Origin: a virus | Taxonomy: Duplodnaviria; Heunggongvirae; Uroviricota; Caudoviricetes | DNA length: 64,000 nt | Direction: 5' to 3' (one strand) | IMG/VR virus record: IMGVR_UViG_3300044796_000394 | In this document: positions 19,730 to 29,408 of the stretch, in pieces | How the letters are laid out: every line of letters starts with the position of its first letter | How positions within the stretch are numbered: the stretch's first letter is position 1 | Translations under genes and position numbers: made by a program | Notes under the pieces: model-generated | Seen by the model: only the letters and a program-made list of their open reading frames with translations | Databases searched by the model: none | Told to the model about the DNA's origin: nothing

Positions 19730-19936
19730 ATGTACTTTTACTTAAGACAGCGATCAAGTGGCATGGTGTTGGAAAGTGATATTAATCAATCTCGTCCCAT
19801 GTTAGAACCGGGTTTTATTAGATGGACGCCCGAAATTCAACACTCAATTGATATTACTCCTCAATTAATTGAACAACTACAAGTAGAGTGTGGTAATTGG
19901 GCTGCAAGACCAATTCCTACATGGTGGGAAAACTAA
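19730..19936 (+). CDS. hypothetical protein
   Basis: 68-aa ORF. Confidence 0.4.
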   Translation: MYFYLRQRSSGMVLESDINQSRPMLEPGFIRWTPEIQHSIDITPQLIEQLQVECGNWAARPIPTWWEN

Positions 19937-19959
19937 TCACTGATCTAAATACTCTCACT

Positions 19960-20856
19960 ATGGACTTTAAACTTTGGTTAGAATATAGCGGGGCTAAATC
20001 GGTTCTCGTTTATCACGGTACAGATCCCAAAAACATTCCTTCTATTATGTCGCAGGGTTTGATTCCAAATCCCAAAGCAAGAAAATGGGCTGATGATCCA
20101 CATGCCAATTTCAATTCAGCAAGCCGCAAATCAATTGGTGGTATTTATTTAACCACCAATCTACAAACGGCCTTTTCTGCTGCCCCACCGAGAACTGCTT
20201 GTATTGTTGTGGCCGAAGTACAGCCGAGAAGTATGTTGGCGGATGAAGATGATTTGATGTCAATGGGACAAGCAAGCGATCACGAATATACTTTATTGGA
20301 ATTGTTTTTTGCGATCAAAACGAATACCAATCACGAATTCGTAGAGCAAATGAAAGCCAAATACGAACAAAGTGTATTCGCAAGAATTACATGGAAGATT
20401 CCAAATATATCACCACAATTGAAAATTAGAGTTAAGCAAATTCTCGATGACGCATTTCCTTACGTTGTAGACCGTCAAACAGCACACGTTCATACAGATG
20501 AATTTCGCAATAGAAAGTATTACCACAAAGAAGCCAAGGATGTTCAACAACCCAATAAGCAAGCTGCGGAAGCCGCTTATCAGAAACACCTAGATTTGGC
20601 AACCAGAGCCTTGAAGTCAATCGGCAATCCTTATAGTCGTAAAGAAAACAGTTTGTTCATGTTCGTCGGACGGCTAATGGAACCAATTAGATTCAGTGGT
20701 GCGAATAAAATTGTATGCGTTATTGAAACTTGGCTTAATGAAAAAAATAAGACAAGAGTGAAATTGCTTTACGGAAGCGTACCAGATAAGCTCATTAAGG
20801 ATTGGAACTCAGCCATTGGCCCGTGGGAAAAGGCCATTAGCGAAGAGGGCAATTAA
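19960..20856 (+). CDS. PARP-like (H-Y-E class) ADP-ribosyltransferase
   Basis: VLVYHGTDPKNIPSIMSQGL matches the PARP HGS...ILSQGL block. IGGIYLTT matches the GIYFA Tyr block, and there is a downstream Glu (VVAEV). Start chosen at MDFKLWLEY. Confidence 0.6.
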   Translation: MDFKLWLEYSGAKSVLVYHGTDPKNIPSIMSQGLIPNPKARKWADDPHANFNSASRKSIGGIYLTTNLQTAFSAAPPRTACIVVAEVQPRSMLADEDDLMSMGQASDHEYTLLELFFAIKTNTNHEFVEQMKAKYEQSVFARITWKIPNISPQLKIRVKQILDDAFPYVVDRQTAHVHTDEFRNRKYYHKEAKDVQQPNKQAAEAAYQKHLDLATRALKSIGNPYSRKENSLFMFVGRLMEPIRFSGANKIVCVIETWLNEKNKTRVKLLYGSVPDKLIKDWNSAIGPWEKAISEEGN

Positions 20857-20862
20857 CGAATA

Positions 20863-20890
20863 AAACCCACTTATTATAAGTGGGTTTTAT
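20863..20890. terminator. bidirectional hairpin terminator
   Basis: aaacccactta / taagtgggttt stem between convergent genes. Confidence 0.55.
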
Positions 20891-20897
20891 TGCGATT

Positions 20898-22397
20898 TCA
20901 ATAAGACGAACTACTAGATCCGGTTTCACATGTTGAAACACGCATTCTCGGAAGATCGTACTTTAACCAATCACGATAAATCTTGGTAAAATCTCTTATC
21001 ATTTTTTCAATTGATGAACATAGGTCATTCATCCCGTCAATGGTAGCCTTCCAATCACACTTACAAGTAAACGCAAGAATAAAATCATTCAAATTTTTCA
21101 ATGCATTTTGAATTGGTGTAAAATAATCTTTAACAGTAGCAAAAGAATTCAGTATTGCTGTTCCAATTTTACAACAAGCTTCACTCTTACTGCAATAAAG
21201 ATTCTTAAGAGCAATCATTTCGTCATTCGTTTTATTGACTTCTTGGATGATAGCATTAGCACTGTAAGTAATAGTATTCAAACGATTGAATACAGCTAAA
21301 TTGGCAGCATCACACTGAGCTTGTCTTTCAGGAGGAGCAGCAACAGCATTTACTCTATCGCATAAGCAACCTACAATTTGCTGTCTCAAATAAGTGCAAA
21401 TGCTCTTACAGTTATCGTCTCCTCCTGCACACTGAGGAACTACGTTTTCGGGTGTATTGGTGTCAGTGAGGAGTTGTCCAAACTTGTTACAGCCTATTTC
21501 TACAACTTTGTTAAGTGCAAATTTCATCAATGCATCAATTTGCCTTCTTTCGGCTTCATCGGGGCTTATTCTTCTTGCACCTGAATCAACAGCGTATTCG
21601 TAATATAATCTTTGTGCTTCGGTAAATGTGCTTCTCGTAACACCAAACGGTGAAACTTGAATCGTATATTTTAAAACATCCGAAGTTAAGGTGCGGGAAA
21701 TACCAAACGCATCGGTATAATTAGTGGCGTCAGCACCCATTGTTTCGAATAACTTAATTACGCAAGCATCCTCTGCGGGAGTAGGAGTTGGGAAAAACAA
21801 AGCTAATGGTCCACCGCCGCCTTTTGGTCCACCTTTTGGACCACCTTTTGGGCCAAGTCCTCTTGGCCCGGTGCCCGGCGATACTGTTGCAGATGGTGCT
21901 GCAGGAACAGGAACGACTTGCGGTCTAATAATAGCCGTCGGCTTTGGAAGTTTAACTCCGGGTTGCTCGACGGAAGAGAAAGGCTCTCCTAGAGGGCCGG
22001 ATATAATTGGTTGGCCATTTGACGGCACAATTGGGCTTCCTTGTGGCGGCACCGTAGTTAACGAATATGGTCCTCTTGCACCACCAGTACTCATGCCTTT
22101 ATCATAACCCATACCTTGATCGCCAACAATAAGTTGTCCGTTGCCGAGGCGTCCATTAGCATATGGTTGCGCTGGCATAGGTATACCAGGACCAGTAGAT
22201 GGTGCTGGAGCAGGTTGCGGTCTGACCGTACCCGGAATTAATTGGCCAGTATTCCTATCAAATTGTGCACCATCGAGTCTTTGTCCTGCTCCATATGGCA
22301 TTGCACTATTTCCTTGTCCTGCCTGTGGCATTGGTGGGAATGGACCGAGAGGTCCGGGGGTGCCGGGGATTGGAGGTGTACCGGGTGGTGGTGCCAT
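20898..22397 (-). CDS. collagen-like / Gly-Pro-rich structural protein with Cys-rich C-terminal domain
   Basis: N-terminal 200 aa Pro/Gly-rich with GPKGGPKGGPKGGGGP. C-terminal globular part with about 14 Cys. Ends GSSSSSY. Confidence 0.6.
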   Translation of the reverse strand: MAPPPGTPPIPGTPGPLGPFPPMPQAGQGNSAMPYGAGQRLDGAQFDRNTGQLIPGTVRPQPAPAPSTGPGIPMPAQPYANGRLGNGQLIVGDQGMGYDKGMSTGGARGPYSLTTVPPQGSPIVPSNGQPIISGPLGEPFSSVEQPGVKLPKPTAIIRPQVVPVPAAPSATVSPGTGPRGLGPKGGPKGGPKGGGGPLALFFPTPTPAEDACVIKLFETMGADATNYTDAFGISRTLTSDVLKYTIQVSPFGVTRSTFTEAQRLYYEYAVDSGARRISPDEAERRQIDALMKFALNKVVEIGCNKFGQLLTDTNTPENVVPQCAGGDDNCKSICTYLRQQIVGCLCDRVNAVAAPPERQAQCDAANLAVFNRLNTITYSANAIIQEVNKTNDEMIALKNLYCSKSEACCKIGTAILNSFATVKDYFTPIQNALKNLNDFILAFTCKCDWKATIDGMNDLCSSIEKMIRDFTKIYRDWLKYDLPRMRVSTCETGSSSSSY

Positions 22398-22448
22398 AAT
22401 TTCTTTCTTTCTTTTGGGCGACTGAGTGCCATTATTATATTGATGTGC

Positions 22449-23420
22449 TTATTTTTTTTTAGGCAAAACAATTGGCTTAACATTTAATTCTTGTCTCGCC
22501 TGTTCGAGTTGTTCTTCAAACTCTTTGATTTGTTCTGGAAATTCTTTGACTATAGCATTTTTTAAGTGATTCAATAATCTGAAGTGATTTCTTCTTTCAT
22601 TGTCGTCGCCATGAACCATTAATGGTACTAAATTTATAGCATCTTCCCATTCCCTATCAATCATACTAACGCCGCTTTTATCGACCAAAGTATTAAATCT
22701 ACTCATATCATCTTTGAACGACCAGTCGTCTCCCTTTTGCATTTTCCCTAAATCGTAATGATATATTTTACCACGATAAACACCTACTTGAATTTGGTCG
22801 TTGATTGAGTATCCTGCTTTGTGAAAAGCGTTTATAGTATCCTTAACTTCGTTCAATTGTTCTTTGGTTAACTTACCCGGAATATCCACTTTCGGCCTTA
22901 CCGCAAATGCTTTGTCGCCTATAATTCTAACATATGTCGGCAGAATACCGGGAACGCCTTGCTTTCTCAATTTCTCTGTTAGTCTTACATTTTCCAGCAT
23001 ACTTCTTGCAGCGCCAGCCGGTGTTCTATGAAAGACACTTGCATTTGTGGGTTGAAACGGTACAGTTGTAGAAACTTTAACGATCATATCTCCAACCTCA
23101 AACGCCATACCGTCATCGCCTTTTCCTAAATACTTGGCTTGACCGTTAATGACTTTTGAAATATAGGGATCATCGGTTTTTTTGGATACTTCAACTTTTT
23201 TGGTTAGATCGTTGGCGAAATGTTGTACGGCAGCACGTGTCATTTTGAACGCACCGATAAGGTCATCATGTTGGAGATGTTGAGTTAGCCAAACCGAATC
23301 GCCTCTGATGTGTACGATCTTGACTTTGATGGGTGAACGGTTATCTTCCTCGGAAGCAGGAATGTCAATGATCTGTCCAATTTTCAAGTCTACGGCTTCT
23401 AACCACAGTTTGAAATTCAC
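22449..23420 (-). CDS. hypothetical protein with N-terminal MNFKLWLEA motif
   Basis: 323-aa ORF with a glycine-rich LGKGDDGMAF loop and a coiled-coil C-terminus. Confidence 0.5.
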   Translation of the reverse strand: MNFKLWLEAVDLKIGQIIDIPASEEDNRSPIKVKIVHIRGDSVWLTQHLQHDDLIGAFKMTRAAVQHFANDLTKKVEVSKKTDDPYISKVINGQAKYLGKGDDGMAFEVGDMIVKVSTTVPFQPTNASVFHRTPAGAARSMLENVRLTEKLRKQGVPGILPTYVRIIGDKAFAVRPKVDIPGKLTKEQLNEVKDTINAFHKAGYSINDQIQVGVYRGKIYHYDLGKMQKGDDWSFKDDMSRFNTLVDKSGVSMIDREWEDAINLVPLMVHGDDNERRNHFRLLNHLKNAIVKEFPEQIKEFEEQLEQARQELNVKPIVLPKKK

Positions 23421-23599
23421 TTCTTGGCATTCCTTACAACTGTAGGCTCGCCGCTATCATCAAAAGTAAATTTGACTTTCTTCTTTGGCTTGTCACCGCC
23501 AACTACAATCGGCTCACCTTCTAAATTTGAGGCTAAACGAATTTTATCGTGATGCTTTTTGGCTTCAACGAACTCTCTGAATGTTTTGAATGTTTTCAT
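23417..23599 (-). CDS. small protein with MKTFKTFREFVEA N-terminus
   Basis: 60-aa ORF with ATGA coupling. Confidence 0.4.
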   Translation of the reverse strand: MKTFKTFREFVEAKKHHDKIRLASNLEGEPIVVGGDKPKKKVKFTFDDSGEPTVVRNAKK

Positions 23600-23643
23600 A
23601 ACGTTATATAGGATTTCTTTTTCGTTCCATTCTAAATAACTTC

Positions 23644-24027
23644 ATGTTAACTTGGCAAGATTTCCTGAAAATTCGTGAACATCAACTACACGAACCCAAA
23701 AACCACAAAGATGCTGTCAAGGAAGCCAAGAAGGTTAAGTTGGAATTTTTCGAAAAACGAAAACAAGGAGCGGCTAAGATTGCTGCCGAAGCACGATCAA
23801 AAGGTGGCCCGTCAATGTTAACAGCTTGGCATTTCGCTGCCAAAGCCCAACCTTACAATGATGTATTGTCTGCCATTCGTACTGATAAAGATGAAAACTT
23901 CTTTATGCAAAAGTGTTTGTTGTTAGCCACCAAGTTGAAATTCGCCAAATTGGATGAAGAGCAATTTCAAAAACTGATGGGTCAAATTGAGGTTTGGGGC
24001 GAAGCGTTTGCCAAACTATGGCATTAA
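23644..24027 (+). CDS. hypothetical protein
   Basis: 127-aa ORF. Confidence 0.45.
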   Translation: MLTWQDFLKIREHQLHEPKNHKDAVKEAKKVKLEFFEKRKQGAAKIAAEARSKGGPSMLTAWHFAAKAQPYNDVLSAIRTDKDENFFMQKCLLLATKLKFAKLDEEQFQKLMGQIEVWGEAFAKLWH

Positions 24028-24030
24028 AGT

Positions 24031-24062
24031 AAAACGGATTGGTTTTCCAATCCGTTTTTTAT
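24031..24062. terminator. bidirectional rho-independent terminator
   Basis: aacggattgg-tttt-ccaatccgtt hairpin plus a T6 run. Confidence 0.65.
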
Positions 24063-24068
24063 TTAACA

Positions 24069-27000
24069 TTAGCCCGGTGATGAGACGTTCGTAATAATAC
24101 CACCAACAACTTCAACAAGCATTCCATCGCCTGATTGGAATGATCCTGTATATCCTTGAACCCCACCAATTGAAAAGTAATTTGTAGCATTGAACCACGC
24201 AGCGTTAATAATTCCAGAGGCATTAACCGCAGGGGCAATGAGATCAATAGCAGGATCTTCGCCAGTAGTTCTACATAAAACTTGGGCATCAACAGTACCC
24301 ACAACTACCGAATTATCGATATTAGATGTGATGCCGAATCCGAAAGCATATTGATTTTCAGATATGTCAGCACCTTCAATGAATGTCGGAGCAAATACAT
24401 TGTTCGCCAAGGTTCCACTCAAACTTCTATTACCAGCAGCACCATAAACAGCTTGTGCCAAAGTACCAGAAGGGCCGACATTTGATTCAAGGAAAACAAT
24501 AAAATGGGAACTGTAATTGGTGGTAATTTCATTATAGAAATTTTGAGAAGTAAACATAGCACTATAACCACCATCATTAAAGATGGTGATGGGGATATTT
24601 CCACCAGACACACTTGAATTATCATCAAATTCAAAGGTGTAGACATTGCCATTGGTGTCAGTTAGCACAATAGTATCACCATCTACTACTGTTTGTGAAC
24701 CAAAATTGAAAGATGCTGCTCCTTGAGCTGGTTCGTGTCCAACTGTATTATCGTTGCCAATAGTCAAATTATTATTAGTGTCTGGTCCAACAAGGAAATC
24801 ACCGTCACTTAATAAAGTATGATCCACAACAGTGCCCATTGCGTCAACCGTAGTGACCATTGGGGCAAAGCCGCTTTCATCATCCCTCAGCCAAAAGAAC
24901 ATCTTGTGAACATCCCCTTCAACAATAGAAGGGGGAGCAGCTGCGTGTGTACCTAATGGACCAGATATTTCAAGTTGTCCATCAACGCCAAGATTCAATA
25001 AGGTTTGATGATTATCCCAAGTAGTTGCTTCTTCACCAGCATCGACACCTTGAATTTGAAGCCCATTGTATCCGGCAGTACCTTGGAATCCTAATTTGAA
25101 TGCGGCATTACTCTTATTGTCAATTTCATCATTATCTGGATTGACATTATAGCCCCAAACCAACTCGCTGTTTTCTTTTTGAATTAACCAACCGCTTTCT
25201 AGTGGTGTACTTTCGTGAAGGGTATTGTTAATTGTAATGCCTGGCGAAACATTGATGTGGGTTGCGTGTAAGTTCAGAGTATTAGTATCGCCCAAAGCTT
25301 CAATGTAGTTTGCGTCAACCCCAAATCTGGAAGAGTTATCAACACTGACAGTTAAGCCTTTACCAAACGCAGTCATATAAGTTCCAATATCCGATCCGTC
25401 ATGGAACTGAGTTTCAAATATTGTTCCAGCTAAAGTGCCAACAACTTCCGTGTTTCCACTTTCCCCTTGATAGACTTGCGTTAGAAGATTGCCACCAATA
25501 TCCACATTGAATACAGCATCTTGACTTTGGTAATTGTGGGCGTTTAAGAAAGCGAATTTTGTATTTGCGGCACTATAAGTTCCGGCAATGGCAACCTGAA
25601 TACCATCGGTATGCGTTCCTACATTGGTGAAGTAGAAATTATAAACGTTTCCAGAAGTTGCCGTGAAGCCAATGGTGTCACCTTCTGTGATGGTGCCACC
25701 GATACCGAAGTCGCAAGATGCCGTCGCCCCGTTATCAACATCACCATTGGTGAATGCTGACGGGAAGAAGCCACCGTTCAAATTTCCAGTAAAAGCCGTG
25801 TTGCCTGCCGTGCCGTTGGCTTGGGTAAACAATATGGTCGTTGGTCCAGTCTGAGTAGCAGTGATTTCAAAACCGGGACCGGCTTGAAACATTTCAAAAA
25901 AGTTTGTAGTAGTGTTGTTCGCATCGTAACCGGTCGTTCCAATACGAACAATAATAGAGCCGTCAATAGAACGAACACCATTTGTGAATTCATAATTGTT
26001 AGATAGCTCAACCGCCCCGGCTTGGAAAGTGACATAATCACCATTGGAAATTGATCCAGCAGTGAAATCAAAGTTAAGAATCGCACTTGCCGCACTTCTG
26101 TTGGTGCTGTTGTTAAACCCTATAGCAACTAGATTATTTGGACCGTTAAGATTGTTGCCGCCACCCATTTGAATGCTGGCTGATTGGACGATGAAATTGT
26201 TTGTGGTTGACATGTAAAGATCAACTCCGCCCTCACCAGACGCAATGAAGGTTGTATTGTCTTCATTGTTCAATCCAATATATGCACTGTCAAAGTGTAA
26301 AGTTCCACCAACTTCAATGAGGGAATTGTTACCATTGAATGTTAAGTTGACATCATCAATACCTATTTTTAGGGTATTTTCTACTTGGTTATCTTGACCA
26401 GTTCCAATAGAATAAATGTTAACTAGTGGATTGAGACCGCCTGAAAAAGATGATGATCCAAAGTAATCACTACTGATTGAAGTATTGCCATCTGTGCCTG
26501 TAAAATTTTGCGTTAATTGAACAATGCTACCATCAACACCATAGCCTAATGGAACATTACCTTCGCTGAGAGCATCAAGAAAATTATTTGCTTGTGCTGA
26601 AGAACTTCCAGCAATCGTTACTGGAATATTGCCTTCTGTTACCGACATATCGTCATCAAACTCAAGAGTATAAGTGGTAGTAGCACCTGCCGCCTTGAGA
26701 ACTTCGATAGTTACCGTTTGTCCATTCGTAGGAATACTCGTAAATGTTAGTGTTGCTTGTGCTGGAGTGCCGTCGCTGCCGGTTGTATTATTATCACCGA
26801 AAACAAATGTGTTCCGTCCATTAACGGTATTATCGCCAATGTCAACACGACTTGCTTTCAATTGCATGGTATTGAAAGACGCCTCCGTTGTATCAAAATA
26901 CAATAGACCATAAGTGTTGCCTTGGTCGTCTTCTTCCGAACTTAATTCAACTTCACAATAACTATTTATGATTTCGGCATCACCGCCAATAGCTTGAACT

Positions 27001-28532
27001 GAAATCGTGCTACCGTTGCCATAAACTTGTGCGTAATTATTTGGATCATCATCTTGACCCAAGAAAAGACGACCTTCAGTAACATACAAATTGCCGTTAT
27101 CCATAGTGAATTTTTCGGCATTGTTATCAATTTTTAGACATGTATCATGAGCACCAATTGTAATTGTTTTGTTATTGACATTTAATCCGAAACCAAAACC
27201 GAATGCATTATTCGGATCATCCGTACCACCCTGAAATACCGTTCCAAAAATACAGTCAGTGCATGAAAAATTACCTTCAATATTCGTATTTCCAAAAGCA
27301 CCTTCAACATTTTGAGCAACAGAGCCAGTTGTGCCATCTTCATTAATGTTTACTGTAAACGGACTATTGGCTTCAACGGCGATCTTAAAGTTCGTAACGG
27401 TTTCGGCAAGAGTCCCACCGATTGTTACACCATATGTTCCTCCTGTAATGCTTTCATTATTATCAAATTCAAAGACATATTGTTCACCATTGGTATCTTG
27501 AAAACTGACGCCATAACCATCTACTACGCTTTGACGACTAAAATCAAACTCTGCCGAAGCAGGCGCAAGTGCATCACTGAAATGATTGTTGTTTCCAATC
27601 AACATAATATTGGTATAAGTGTCACCGATGACATTAACATCCTCGCCTCCGTTGAGATTGTTAATGTTGATAGCATCGAGAATATCGCCGCCGTTCATAT
27701 TTAGAACACCAGCAGGGTCTTCGTCTGCCCCTTTCATGATCAAGGCACTAATATTGTGAAGATAACTAACTCCGGCCCCGCCACACGATTCTACACCACC
27801 AACAAATGCTATGCCCGGCGTATAAATTCCCGATCCAAATTGGAATGTTTCTTGATCGGAATTAAAACTGACTATGGACTCTTCACCCGCACCAAAAACA
27901 AGTGTGGGTGTTTGAACTAGATCAAAAGCCACTTGATCGGTCGTATTCAAACTTTGATCAAATGAGTCCCCACCACCGCCTCCACCTGTTGCTGCCCATG
28001 AAGTTGTCGTGCCGTTAGTAGTCAAGAACTGTCCACTGTGTCCGGTTTGTGTTGGAAAAATACCGGCAGCATCACCCGTAATATTCAAATGATGAACATC
28101 TAGTGTTCCTGTATAAGTCCCATTGTTGCCACTTAAAGTATCAGCCATCAATTGGCCATCCACACCGGCATTATTGCTGACAACGAGATTGTTAAACGTG
28201 ACGTCATCGGTTGTATTCAAATCCTGATCAAACGAACTGCCACCACCACTAATGGTTTTGAATATGATTGTTTCACTTTCAGAATCATATGCCAAAACTC
28301 TATTGTTTGCTTTATTGGACGTATCAACGTTAATACCGTCAATGGTATTATCATCTACGGTTTTGAATTCTATCGCTTGCGTATCAGCGTTATAGAATAA
28401 GACTTTTCCGTCACCCTTGTTTGTAACATCAATCTTTATCCCTTTGATAAAATTTGCATCCGTTCTATTGGTGGATGCAAACTTAAGAGTTATAAATGGA
28501 ACATAGGCGCCGTTGAGAAAATACATTGTCAT
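24069..28532 (-). CDS. large tail-fibre-like structural protein (1487 aa)
   Basis: Asn/Gly/Thr-rich beta-structure composition. Repeated SFDQ[DS]LNTTD and Y[VT]FEFDDN..GG.IP.TI blocks. Confidence 0.65.
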   Translation of the reverse strand: MTMYFLNGAYVPFITLKFASTNRTDANFIKGIKIDVTNKGDGKVLFYNADTQAIEFKTVDDNTIDGINVDTSNKANNRVLAYDSESETIIFKTISGGGSSFDQDLNTTDDVTFNNLVVSNNAGVDGQLMADTLSGNNGTYTGTLDVHHLNITGDAAGIFPTQTGHSGQFLTTNGTTTSWAATGGGGGGDSFDQSLNTTDQVAFDLVQTPTLVFGAGEESIVSFNSDQETFQFGSGIYTPGIAFVGGVESCGGAGVSYLHNISALIMKGADEDPAGVLNMNGGDILDAININNLNGGEDVNVIGDTYTNIMLIGNNNHFSDALAPASAEFDFSRQSVVDGYGVSFQDTNGEQYVFEFDNNESITGGTYGVTIGGTLAETVTNFKIAVEANSPFTVNINEDGTTGSVAQNVEGAFGNTNIEGNFSCTDCIFGTVFQGGTDDPNNAFGFGFGLNVNNKTITIGAHDTCLKIDNNAEKFTMDNGNLYVTEGRLFLGQDDDPNNYAQVYGNGSTISVQAIGGDAEIINSYCEVELSSEEDDQGNTYGLLYFDTTEASFNTMQLKASRVDIGDNTVNGRNTFVFGDNNTTGSDGTPAQATLTFTSIPTNGQTVTIEVLKAAGATTTYTLEFDDDMSVTEGNIPVTIAGSSSAQANNFLDALSEGNVPLGYGVDGSIVQLTQNFTGTDGNTSISSDYFGSSSFSGGLNPLVNIYSIGTGQDNQVENTLKIGIDDVNLTFNGNNSLIEVGGTLHFDSAYIGLNNEDNTTFIASGEGGVDLYMSTTNNFIVQSASIQMGGGNNLNGPNNLVAIGFNNSTNRSAASAILNFDFTAGSISNGDYVTFQAGAVELSNNYEFTNGVRSIDGSIIVRIGTTGYDANNTTTNFFEMFQAGPGFEITATQTGPTTILFTQANGTAGNTAFTGNLNGGFFPSAFTNGDVDNGATASCDFGIGGTITEGDTIGFTATSGNVYNFYFTNVGTHTDGIQVAIAGTYSAANTKFAFLNAHNYQSQDAVFNVDIGGNLLTQVYQGESGNTEVVGTLAGTIFETQFHDGSDIGTYMTAFGKGLTVSVDNSSRFGVDANYIEALGDTNTLNLHATHINVSPGITINNTLHESTPLESGWLIQKENSELVWGYNVNPDNDEIDNKSNAAFKLGFQGTAGYNGLQIQGVDAGEEATTWDNHQTLLNLGVDGQLEISGPLGTHAAAPPSIVEGDVHKMFFWLRDDESGFAPMVTTVDAMGTVVDHTLLSDGDFLVGPDTNNNLTIGNDNTVGHEPAQGAASFNFGSQTVVDGDTIVLTDTNGNVYTFEFDDNSSVSGGNIPITIFNDGGYSAMFTSQNFYNEITTNYSSHFIVFLESNVGPSGTLAQAVYGAAGNRSLSGTLANNVFAPTFIEGADISENQYAFGFGITSNIDNSVVVGTVDAQVLCRTTGEDPAIDLIAPAVNASGIINAAWFNATNYFSIGGVQGYTGSFQSGDGMLVEVVGGIITNVSSPG

Positions 28533-28590
28533 AGTAAGATATTTACTTTTTTTTACTCAATATCCTAGAAAAAGTTTTTTAGAGGTGTTG

Positions 28591-29097
28591 CCAATGGATT
28601 ATCTGAAAATGGGATTAGTGATGATTCCCGACTTTATCACCGAGGATGAAGAAAAAGCCATTATGTCTCATATCATTAAGGCAAAAGCAACTAAAAGTAA
28701 AAGTCGAAATACCATTAAACGTTTCGGTTCTAGTTTGCCTTACAAAAGTAATATGGCATCTAAAGTCATCCCGCCTTTTTTAGACGCAATTGCCAGCAAG
28801 CTTTACGATCAAAACTTATTAACTGCAAAGCCCGATTCCGTAACGATCAACGAGTACTTTCCCGGCCAAGGGATTGCACCGCATATCGATAGCAAGAGCA
28901 GCGGCGACATTATTACTATTTTAAGTTTGTTGGGATCTGCTAAAATGGATTTCGTGAAAGGTGATAAAAAGTTCAGTATCGATTATCCCGCACGCTGCTT
29001 GTTGCAGATGAAAGATGAAATTCGATATTCTTGGATGCACTCAATCTTAAAAGTTAATGAAATACGATATTCCCTTGTTTTTCGCAAGGGAACTTAA
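28591..29097 (+). CDS. AlkB-like 2OG-Fe(II) dioxygenase
   Basis: PHID (HxD) iron motif with 2OG-Fe(II) oxygenase spacing. AGAGG ribosome-binding site. Confidence 0.55.
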   Translation, partial: PMDYLKMGLVMIPDFITEDEEKAIMSHIIKAKATKSKSRNTIKRFGSSLPYKSNMASKVIPPFLDAIASKLYDQNLLTAKPDSVTINEYFPGQGIAPHIDSKSSGDIITILSLLGSAKMDFVKGDKKFSIDYPARCLLQMKDEIRYSWMHSILKVNEIRYSLVFRKGT

Positions 29098-29098
29098 T

Positions 29099-29356
29099 TC
29101 ATATTAACCATTGATGCGGTTTGGCAGCAAGTTTGGGCTTTGTTAATGTTGGCGACACTTCGGTTTGAAGGGTTGGCGTATGCTCAATGTTTGGTGTAAT
29201 AATTGGCGAAGGTGTGGGTTGTTTGAATGGATCGCCGTAAATTGCACAATGCAGTACACCGAATAATACAACCAAAACAACCATAATCAAAAAAATGACA
29301 GGTGCGGGTCGTAATTGCGGTGGTCTGACGCCGGGATCATAACTCCATAATTTCAT
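29099..29356 (-). CDS. small single-pass membrane protein
   Basis: VIFLIMVVLVVLFGVL transmembrane segment. Confidence 0.4.
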   Translation of the reverse strand: MKLWSYDPGVRPPQLRPAPVIFLIMVVLVVLFGVLHCAIYGDPFKQPTPSPIITPNIEHTPTLQTEVSPTLTKPKLAAKPHQWLI

Positions 29357-29408
29357 TTTGAATCTCCAAAGTGTAACTAATTTACATAGATGAATTTATT
29401 TAAGTTTG

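Noticed and set aside
21724-22425. Plus-strand PPFGPPFGP and Gly-rich ORFs within the collagen-like gene
   Set aside because: They are antisense to a 499-aa minus-strand ORF with a coherent domain structure.
22449-23420. Possible protein-kinase-like fold (LGKGDDGMAF glycine loop, IVKV, HYD)
   Set aside because: The spacing between the putative catalytic loop and a DFG-like element is about 9 residues, far too short for a kinase. It is kept as a hypothetical protein.
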